From positions 1-32,840 of the forward strand of contig SPCL01000001.1 in assembly GCA_004525335.1 (NCBI GenBank): a stretch of DNA of 32,840 nucleotides. The letters run 5' to 3'. Origin of the DNA: Thermodesulfobacteriales bacterium. GTDB taxonomy: Bacteria > Desulfobacterota_D > UBA1144 > Nemesobacterales > UBA2774. This document shows, piece after piece, positions 27,013-32,840 of this stretch (position 1 is the first letter of the stretch; each line of letters starts with the position of its first letter). Below the pieces are notes generated by a model that saw only the letters and a program-made list of their open reading frames with translations, had not been told where the DNA came from and ran no database searches. The position numbers and the translations under genes were made by a program.

Positions 27013-28248
27013 ATGACAAAAGCAAGAAGAATTCTTTTTATTACAGTTTTGTGTCTTATTGCAGGCGCTTTTCATATTAGCTGTGACGGTGGAGGTGATA
27101 GCAGTGGTCAAAACACTCAGACAACCACCATTAACGGCACGGTAACAAATATAATAGCCTCAGCACAAAAAGAAGAGAGATCTTTTAAGTTTACAAAAAT
27201 TTTAGATATCATAACCTTCATAAAAGAAGCTAAAGCACAAGGTGGTGTTTTAGTGACGGCTATTATTGACGGAATTACAGTAGATAGCGATGTTACTGAC
27301 CCTGAGGGCGACTTCACACTTACATTAGAGCTGGATTCTGCAACAAATGTATTAATCCTCTTTGATGTAAACGGAGAGGATGTTTCTATTGAGCTCGTTG
27401 TAGAAGAAGGATCTATATTAAATATAAACATAAGTATAGACCTCAACGCACCTCCCGGAGACGAAGTCGAAATAGTGGAGATGGAAGAAGTGAGGGGTCC
27501 GATCCGCTGTGAGAACGGAACCGTAAACATTATCAAGAATGAAAATGAGACACTTGTTATAGACGGTGGTGGAGAAGACTGTATTAAAGCTGAAGGGAAC
27601 TGCACGGTGTTTATCGACCCCGAAGATGTACTTTTAACGAATTGCGAGAGTTGTGTGAAGGCAGAAGGAACATCGATGGTAACTATAGTAAGCCCAAATG
27701 GAGATATAGTTTGCGAAGCGAGTGAAGACGGATATAAAGCAGAAGGTGATGCCGAGATAGTAATTGACGCAGTCGGAGTAATCGATATATCGGCGGGAGA
27801 TAATGGACTAAAGGCGGAAGGCAATTCCATCATCTCACTCGGCGCTGATACGTGTATAATTAATTCCCTAGAAAGCTCGATAGATGTAAGCGGTAATGCC
27901 ACAATCGACACAAGCGGCTGTGGGGAAATAGTAGAAGCCCCATCACCGTCTCCAAGTCCGAGTCCTAATCCATCACCGAGTCCATCTCCTTCACCTAGCC
28001 CGAGTCCTAGTCCATCACCAAGTCCGTCTCCTTCACCAAGTCCACCGCCTCCTCTTGGGGTAGCGCTCTATATAAGCAATTGTCAAAGCTGTCACGGAGT
28101 AGACGGCATGGGTGGCCCTTTTTCTAATGTTGTTGGTAAATCGGCAGGTGCGATTTCGACCGCCATTATGGAGATACCGGCAATGTCGAGTCTTAGTTTC
28201 CTCTCAGCAGCAGAAATTAATGCAATCGCTGTGTTTCTTGCTCCATAA
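27013..28248 (+). CDS. Secreted or lipid-anchored multidomain protein: prealbumin-like N-domain, Cys-rich KAEG repeats, (Pro-Ser)n linker and a C-terminal monoheme c-type cytochrome domain
   Basis: 411 aa. SD AGGGAGGA upstream. N-terminal signal sequence ends in Cys24 (AFHISC, a non-canonical lipobox). Shows INGTVTN...DPEGDFTLTL, four repeats around [IVYL]KAEG, a 38-aa PS-rich linker, then LYISNCQSCHG (CxxCH at 28081-28095) with a downstream Met (IPAMS) and AAEINAIAVFL, typical of small class-I cytochromes c. Confidence 0.85.
   Translation: MTKARRILFITVLCLIAGAFHISCDGGGDSSGQNTQTTTINGTVTNIIASAQKEERSFKFTKILDIITFIKEAKAQGGVLVTAIIDGITVDSDVTDPEGDFTLTLELDSATNVLILFDVNGEDVSIELVVEEGSILNINISIDLNAPPGDEVEIVEMEEVRGPIRCENGTVNIIKNENETLVIDGGGEDCIKAEGNCTVFIDPEDVLLTNCESCVKAEGTSMVTIVSPNGDIVCEASEDGYKAEGDAEIVIDAVGVIDISAGDNGLKAEGNSIISLGADTCIINSLESSIDVSGNATIDTSGCGEIVEAPSPSPSPSPNPSPSPSPSPSPSPSPSPSPSPSPSPPPPLGVALYISNCQSCHGVDGMGGPFSNVVGKSAGAISTAIMEIPAMSSLSFLSAAEINAIAVFLAP
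27940..28053 (+). repeat. Coding low-complexity repeat: (Pro-Ser)n / PPPP linker with a 42-nt higher-order periodicity
   Basis: Read directly: PSPSPSPSPNPSPS...SPPPP (38 aa). Synonymous codons are mixed. CCATCACCGAGTCCATCTCCTTCACC (27970 on) recurs as CCATCACCAAGTCCGTCTCCTTCACC (28012 on). Confidence 0.9.
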
Positions 28249-28280
28249 GACCTGATTTGTACTTATAGTGTAAAATAGCG

Positions 28281-28318
28281 CAAAGGGGGGCTGGCATTGA
28301 GCCTTCGCCCTCCCTTTG
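28281..28318 (+). terminator. GC-rich hairpin 33 nt downstream of the cytochrome-fusion gene (putative terminator or structured element)
   Basis: CAAAGGGGGG (28281-28290) pairs with CCTCCCTTTG (28309-28318), 10 bp including one G-T pair, around an 18-nt loop. Only TT follows, so it is not a textbook intrinsic terminator. Confidence 0.45.
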
Positions 28319-28340
28319 TTCTAAAGATGATATTTGTCTA

Positions 28341-28409
28341 GTCCCGGCCTGGTTAGAGCACTGGGTTGTGGCCCCAGAGATCGGTGGTTCAAGTCCAGCC
28401 AGCGACCCA
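28341..28409 (+). tRNA. tRNA-His(GUG)-like sequence with a defective 5' end (possible pseudo-tRNA or truncated copy)
   Basis: Clean anticodon arm CTGGG-TTGTGGC-CCCAG with anticodon GTG. T-arm GGTGG-TTCAAGT-CCAGC has one G-G mismatch. D-loop-like GCCTGGTTAGAGC. 3' end CAGCGAC-C-CA. Two folds are possible, and neither is complete. GTCCCGG (28341-47) as the 5' acceptor strand pairs only 5 of 7 and leaves too few nucleotides for a D-arm. With TA-GTCC...GAGC as the D-arm, the upstream ATTTGTC does not pair with the 3' acceptor strand. No G-1. Confidence 0.45.
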
Positions 28410-28590
28410 CTTCCATCATAATTAACCTCTATGATCCTGATCGATAGGTTTGAAGTGATACGCTAAAACGGGGCGGAGCACAGAGTGGATCCACCCTTCC
28501 AATTATTGACATAAAAAACCGCTTTGTTTGAGAGAAAATATCGGTTTAAATATATATAATCTTTTCACCCGCTTACGGAGGCGCTCACTG

Positions 28591-28998
28591 ATGACACTTT
28601 CTATAATTAAAAGAGGACTTCATATCACCACCATATTGTTAGTATTAATCACCTTCGTCCCTGTTTCTCTAATATCTACAAGCGCCAAAGCCGCCGTAGC
28701 AGAATCCCAAATGATTGCGCCGGAACAAAATGCATCAACAAAAAGAGAAATTAACGAACTCAAAGTAAAACGCGCCTTGGAAAACAAGATTGTTGCTGAA
28801 AAATTAATGAGTCACGGACTCACCAAAGAAGAAGTTTTTCTCAAAATAAACGAGATGAGTGATGAGCAGGTACATCAAATAGCATCCCTCAGCGACCGTA
28901 TCCCTGCCGGTGGAGATGGCGGGCTCGCTATTGTTATTAGTCTACTTATAATAGCTGCACTAGTGCTCCTAATAATTTATTTATATAAGAGAGTATAA
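28591..28998 (+). CDS. Small exported protein with a C-terminal PAGG-TM-basic tail (resembles what I recall as the 'PA2779 family')
   Basis: 135 aa from ATG 28591, with SD GGAGG 9 nt upstream. The ORF-track start at 28528 looks like an extension. N-terminal signal peptide (...LISTSAKA/AV), an ~80-aa charged helical region, IPAGGDGG (28903-28923), then the hydrophobic helix LAIVISLLIIAALVLLIIYLY and KRV. Confidence 0.75.
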   Translation: MTLSIIKRGLHITTILLVLITFVPVSLISTSAKAAVAESQMIAPEQNASTKREINELKVKRALENKIVAEKLMSHGLTKEEVFLKINEMSDEQVHQIASLSDRIPAGGDGGLAIVISLLIIAALVLLIIYLYKRV

Positions 28999-29016
28999 GC
29001 AGCTACAGCGTCTCTA

Positions 29017-29568
29017 ATGCCCCGACTTTACAATATATTAATTCTGTATTTATTAGTTTTCTTTGTGTCAGGCTGCGCTCAAAATGAACCTGTTATAAAG
29101 TCCTACTCTGAAGTTAATAAGGTTGTAGTTATAGAGAATGTTCCATTTGTAAAACAGAAGGACAAATTCTGCGGTCCGGCTTCTATGGCTTCAGTGATGC
29201 AATTCTATGACGAGGATATAAGCCAAGATGAAATCGCAGAAGAAATTTACATACCGGAATTAAACGGTGCACTTATCTCAGATATGGAAAATTATGCGAA
29301 AGACAGTGGTTACACTACAGAGAGCATAAACGGCAGTATTGAAATCCTCAAATCAAATCTAGATAATAAGCACCCGGTCATACTGCTGGTTGATAAGGGC
29401 AAATGGAAAATTAGTGTTCCGCACTTCTACGTTGCATATGGGTATAATGGTGAGAAAGGAACGATTATCCTGCATACTGGATATAAGCAAAACCAAGAAA
29501 TAAGCTATGATAAGCTGGATCAAGAATGGGGAAAAATGAACAGACTTATGTTAGTAATAACACCGTGA
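29017..29568 (+). CDS. C39-like (papain-fold, double-glycine-type) cysteine peptidase lipoprotein
   Basis: 183 aa. Lipoprotein signal with lipobox VSGC (Cys20). Shows VKQKDKFCGPASMASVMQFY (Gln47 / Cys52-Gly53) and PHFYVAYGY (His), then ...SYDKLDQEWG. The order and spacing match peptidase C39-type domains. Lies 18 nt after the preceding gene. Confidence 0.8.
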   Translation: MPRLYNILILYLLVFFVSGCAQNEPVIKSYSEVNKVVVIENVPFVKQKDKFCGPASMASVMQFYDEDISQDEIAEEIYIPELNGALISDMENYAKDSGYTTESINGSIEILKSNLDNKHPVILLVDKGKWKISVPHFYVAYGYNGEKGTIILHTGYKQNQEISYDKLDQEWGKMNRLMLVITP

Positions 29569-30152
29569 GAAACTCCATAATAGAGTTTTACCCACTGGTT
29601 ATTTTTATTTTAATTTTCTGTGGAAGCTGTGCATCACTAGAGGGATCGCTTTTCATGAAAGATCCACTCAATGCACAAGAGCACAATAATCTTGGCGTGA
29701 TTTATGAAAGGGAAGGCAAAAACGATCTGGCTATTAGAGAATATAAAAGCGCAATTAGCAGCGACAACACCTTGGCAACACCCCTTGTAAATCTAGGGAA
29801 TGTTTACTTTAAAGAAGGTGAATATACAAAAGCAGAGAAGTATTATAAGAGAGCGCTTAACTATGATGAAACAAATTTAGAAGCGGCAAATAATCTTGCC
29901 TCTTTATATATTGAAATAGGCGCGCAATATAAAGAAGGCCTTGAATATATGCTTCAAGCTACAAAAAACCTTGAAATAATCCCGCCATATGCGCTTGATA
30001 CAATTGGGGTATTGTACATAAAACTTGGGGACAACGTCGAAGCTGAAAGAGTTCTTATCCGGGCTTGCAACAATATTAAAGACAATGAATCTCTAAGAGA
30101 AGAAATACGCTCTCACCTTTGGCAATTGGGTATTAATAAAAGATGTGGATAA
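29565..30152 (+). CDS. TPR-repeat protein with an N-terminal signal/anchor sequence
   Basis: Start set at GTG 29565, which overlaps the peptidase stop (GTGA). It gives VRNSIIEFYPLVIFILIFCGSCAS..., a hydrophobic leader. At least three TPR units follow (HNNLGVIYEREGKNDLAIREYKSAI, LVNLGNVYFKEGEYTKAEKYYKRAL, ANNLASLY...). The ORF-track start is 29526. Confidence 0.8.
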   Translation: MRNSIIEFYPLVIFILIFCGSCASLEGSLFMKDPLNAQEHNNLGVIYEREGKNDLAIREYKSAISSDNTLATPLVNLGNVYFKEGEYTKAEKYYKRALNYDETNLEAANNLASLYIEIGAQYKEGLEYMLQATKNLEIIPPYALDTIGVLYIKLGDNVEAERVLIRACNNIKDNESLREEIRSHLWQLGINKRCG

Positions 30153-30158
30153 TCACAG

Positions 30159-31085
30159 TTAGTTTCCTAGTATAGTGCCCTTCTCAATCTTTCTTCCGGC
30201 AAGAAATGATTTCGTGTCCAACCTCTTTCCACCCTCTAATTGCAATTCTAATATTTCAAGGGCACCCTCACCGGTTGAAACTCTAAGTACTCCAGGATCT
30301 GACTCTAGAACTTCGCCAGGACTGCCTTCGCCATCTATTAATGTGGCTTTAAATATTTTAAGAGATTTGTTTCCAAGAGTAGTAAAGGTTCCCGGCCATG
30401 GGTTCATTCCCCTTATCAAATTCCATAATTCTGAAGCTGGGTTCTCCCACTTAATTTCTCCGTCACTTTTCTTTAACATGGGAGCATAAGTGGCAAGTGA
30501 CTCATCCTGTTTGGCTGGGCCTAACTTTCCTTCTTGAAGCTGAGATATTGTTTCTAAAAGCAGCTCTGCGCCCAGTTGAGAAAGCTTCTCAGACAAACTG
30601 CCCGCGTCATCTTCATCCTGGATTTGGATTTCCTTTTTTAGAAGCATATCGCCCGTATCCATACCTTCGTCCATAAGCATAGTAGTTATACCGCTTTGCG
30701 TCTCCCCTCTGACAATTACCCAGTTAATCGGCGCTGCTCCTCTGTATTTAGGAAGCAAGGAAGCATGCACATTAATACAACCGTATGGCGGGACTTCGAG
30801 TATGCTTTTTGGAAGTATTTTGCCGTAAGCAGTAACGCAAATTAGATCAGGAGATAAATTTTGAAGTTGGCTTAGAAACTCTTGTGTTCTAACTTTTTCA
30901 GGCTGCAAAACTGGGATGTTGTGTTGCTCAGCAAGAGCTTTGGTAGGTGGTGGTGCGAGCTTGCGCCCTCTACCCTTTGGCTTATCAGGCTGTGCTACAA
31001 CAGCTACGACATCATGATCTGATTCTATAAGGGCTTTCAAAGAAGATACTGCAAACTCAGGTGTTCCCATAAAAATTATTTTCAT
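30159..31085 (-). CDS. fmt: Methionyl-tRNA formyltransferase
   Basis: 308 aa. Shows MKIIFMGTPEFA and HASLLPKYRGAAPINW motifs, plus the C-terminal OB-like domain. Confidence 0.96.
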   Translation of the reverse strand: MKIIFMGTPEFAVSSLKALIESDHDVVAVVAQPDKPKGRGRKLAPPPTKALAEQHNIPVLQPEKVRTQEFLSQLQNLSPDLICVTAYGKILPKSILEVPPYGCINVHASLLPKYRGAAPINWVIVRGETQSGITTMLMDEGMDTGDMLLKKEIQIQDEDDAGSLSEKLSQLGAELLLETISQLQEGKLGPAKQDESLATYAPMLKKSDGEIKWENPASELWNLIRGMNPWPGTFTTLGNKSLKIFKATLIDGEGSPGEVLESDPGVLRVSTGEGALEILELQLEGGKRLDTKSFLAGRKIEKGTILGN

Positions 31086-31175
31086 ATTAGCTAGGATTAT
31101 ATTCTTAAATCATGGTGTATACAATTTGTTGTGGTTTGAGTGAAAAATTAGTAGATATAAAGTGGGTTTAATGAA

Positions 31176-32504
31176 TTAGCTGTCGTCTTCGGCTTTTTCA
31201 GTTACTGCTTTTGTAAAGATTTCGGTAAGCCATTTCTTTATGTGGACTTGAGATCCTTTTCCTATAGTCTTTCTCACTTTGCTTAAAGGAATAACTGCTT
31301 TGGCAGCGGATCTATGCCCACCGGCACTACCTATTTCCTTAAACAATTCCCTGACAAGACGTCCCGCGCTCTTAACATACCCGACATTTCTAACAGAAAG
31401 AATTAGATGAGACTTACCTATAATTCCAAACGCAACAGACCATTCAACCCCTTTTACCTGAATTCCAAAATCTGATATTTTGGGAATCAAATATTCTCTA
31501 TCTACCCTCCCGACGTTAACGAAGAAAATGCCTTCTTTAATCCAGTGATCAGCAAGCGCCTGTCCAAGTGACTTCATTTCAGACGGCGGCACCTCGGCTC
31601 TCTCAATACGTCTTAAAAGAGCAAGATTTGAATCTGGATACAAGAAAGTAAAAGCTTCCACATCATCAGGATTTGCGTCACGGTTTAGGGTAATAGTATC
31701 TGTTTTTATTCCGTAGAGAAGTGCAGTGGCGAGTCTTTCTGAGATATCAACCTGAGCTGCACGCAAGTATTTGGTTAAAATTGTAGATGTTGCGCCCTCT
31801 TCAGCTCTTATTTCTTTAAATTTAGCATCATAAGAACCAACTAAGGGGTGATGGTCAATCACTGTATCAATTTCAGGAATTTGCATACCACCAAAAAATG
31901 TAGGCTGAACATCAACAAGAGCAATTGAGTCAAAGTCTGTTAATTGTGCCGGTGTAAGGGCCTCCAAATCAATCTCTAGTAGTTCTATCATTGCAACGTT
32001 CTCAGGGCGGGATATCTGTTCCCCTAAATGCCCGATGATAGCAGTCTGTTTATTTCTTTTGAGCAGCGTTCTAAGAGCAAGTGCGCTTGCAATAGAATCA
32101 GGATCAGGGTGATCATGTAGAAGTATTAGAAGCTTCTTTGCTCCCGCATGAACAGCTCTTAATTCCTCAACACGAAGTTCAGTCTTGGCGAGTCTTTCCT
32201 CTCGCTCAATCTGCTCAGATAAAAGTTTATGAAAAGCTACAAATCTTACAGAAGGGGGCGGTTCATCATGCTCATCACCGTTACTAACAATTAATGGGGT
32301 TTGAGGATAATGATCAGCGAGTTTTTTAGATCTTGTGGGAGTGAAAAAACTGTTTTCCAGAATAATAAGCGAGAAATTGCCAGTTTGAGTTAGCGCTTCA
32401 TCTAGAGAACTCACCCATATTACCTCACCGCGCTTAGAGAAGAGTCCAAGGAGGAGAGAATCAAATTCTCCAATAAAAAGATAGCGTTTAAGCTCTTTAT
32501 TCAT
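31176..32504 (-). CDS. DHH/DHHA1-family phosphoesterase (NrnA-like) with an extra ~110-aa N-terminal domain
   Basis: 442 aa. DHH motifs HDHPDPDSIASA, ALVDV and VIDHHP, and DHHA1 GSAGGHRSAAKA. The N-terminal ~110 aa alternates beta and alpha propensity like a receiver domain, but Glu (IILENS) occupies the expected phospho-Asp position. Confidence 0.8.
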   Translation of the reverse strand: MNKELKRYLFIGEFDSLLLGLFSKRGEVIWVSSLDEALTQTGNFSLIILENSFFTPTRSKKLADHYPQTPLIVSNGDEHDEPPPSVRFVAFHKLLSEQIEREERLAKTELRVEELRAVHAGAKKLLILLHDHPDPDSIASALALRTLLKRNKQTAIIGHLGEQISRPENVAMIELLEIDLEALTPAQLTDFDSIALVDVQPTFFGGMQIPEIDTVIDHHPLVGSYDAKFKEIRAEEGATSTILTKYLRAAQVDISERLATALLYGIKTDTITLNRDANPDDVEAFTFLYPDSNLALLRRIERAEVPPSEMKSLGQALADHWIKEGIFFVNVGRVDREYLIPKISDFGIQVKGVEWSVAFGIIGKSHLILSVRNVGYVKSAGRLVRELFKEIGSAGGHRSAAKAVIPLSKVRKTIGKGSQVHIKKWLTEIFTKAVTEKAEDDS

Positions 32505-32508
32505 ACTC

Positions 32509-32840
32509 TTACTTTGCCTTTTCTTTAAGTTCTAACCCGGGCTTGCTGCATGCCCCACTTAAAGTGCCAATAAAACCTGAAAGTTCCTTTAGAAGAACAT
32601 CCTTATCCTTTCCGTGCTGTTCTATGATTCTTACAATTGCACTTCCAACTATTACTGCATCTGCATATCCTGCTATAGTTTCAACCTGTTCAGGAGTTGA
32701 GACTCCAAATCCGACCCCTACAGGAAGACCTGTTGTAGATTTTATCTGGCCTGCTAATGTGTCTAGGGAATAATTTAGCTCCGGCCTAACTCCAGTCACA
32801 CCGGTGACCGAAACGAGATAGACAAATCCGCTAGCATGAC
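32509..32840 (-). CDS. trpA: Tryptophan synthase alpha chain, C-terminal part (gene continues beyond the window end)
   Basis: The frame stays open to the window edge (HASGFVYLVSVTGVTGVR...), so the GTG at 32799 is internal. Shows GVGFGVSTPEQV and ADAVIVGSAIV motifs. Confidence 0.9.
   Translation of the reverse strand, partial: HASGFVYLVSVTGVTGVRPELNYSLDTLAGQIKSTTGLPVGVGFGVSTPEQVETIAGYADAVIVGSAIVRIIEQHGKDKDVLLKELSGFIGTLSGACSKPGLELKEKAK

Noticed and set aside
27117-27911. 264-aa ORF antisense to the cytochrome-fusion gene
   Set aside because: It lies entirely within the much better supported plus-strand gene, which has an SD, a signal peptide and recognisable domains. It is Ser/Pro/Thr/Ile-rich low complexity. 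It looks like the mirror image of the Gly/Asp/Glu/Val-rich sense-strand repeats. It has no start context or motifs.
27940-28053. Periodic DNA that might be read as a microsatellite or CRISPR-like array
   Set aside because: It is in frame inside a long ORF and encodes a Pro-Ser linker with mixed synonymous codons. There is no repeat-spacer architecture and there are no cas genes.
28528-28590. Longer start (track 28528) for the PAGG-tailed small protein
   Set aside because: The extension (MRENIGLNIYNLFTRLRRRSL) precedes a GGAGG SD that is correctly spaced for ATG 28591. The signal peptide begins at that ATG.
29526-29568. Suspicion that the C39-like and TPR ORFs are one frameshifted gene (the related family, as I recall it, is a fusion)
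   Set aside because: The TPR frame has an in-frame GTG at 29565 forming a GTGA overlap with the peptidase stop. It then encodes its own hydrophobic leader. This looks like two translationally coupled genes rather than a broken fusion, though sequence alone does not prove it.
28250-30158. A genomic island integrated at the tRNA-His-like sequence
   Set aside because: The window has no integrase, excisionase or other mobility gene. It has no second copy of the tRNA 3' segment to serve as the other att site. A 5'-truncated fragment would also place any island on the upstream side. This is kept only as one of several explanations in the findings.

Overview
This is an AT-rich, very gene-dense bacterial chromosomal window. 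Several genes overlap, there is little intergenic DNA, and I saw no transposase, integrase, CRISPR array or rRNA. Most of it is housekeeping.

**Main genes, in order:**
- VKOR-thioredoxin fusion and a fadI/fadJ-type beta-oxidation pair
- TerB-like protein, a lone nuoE-like 2Fe-2S protein and a MOFRL glycerate kinase
- dnaB, an SDR epimerase/reductase, aroC and a CDF metal exporter
- A lone sbcD and a class V serine/alanine-glyoxylate aminotransferase
- prfB with its programmed +1 frameshift, then nadK, glyA, nrdR, tatD and pdxA
- A frameshifted cobB-type sirtuin and a leaderless type-I solute-binding protein
- Aspartate aminotransferase, coaD, rsmD, fmt, an N-terminally extended DHH/DHHA1 phosphoesterase and a partial trpA

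**Least ordinary stretch:** about 26.8-30.15 kb, between rsmD and fmt. It holds:
1. A secreted multi-domain protein that ends in a (Pro-Ser)n linker and a monoheme cytochrome c domain.
2. A GC-rich hairpin followed by a tRNA-His(GUG)-like sequence. I cannot fold it into a complete cloverleaf.
3. A tightly coupled three-gene envelope cassette, which I propose is an uncharacterised processing or sorting module. It encodes a small protein with a PAGG-TM-basic C-terminal tail, a C39-like cysteine-peptidase lipoprotein and a TPR protein.

**Other points worth a second look:**
- A minimal PD-(D/E)xK protein overlapping the end of nadK
- A C10 homopolymer inside rsmD
- Several small or medium ORFs that I could not assign

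All calls come from reading the translated ORFs and the DNA by eye. No searches were run.
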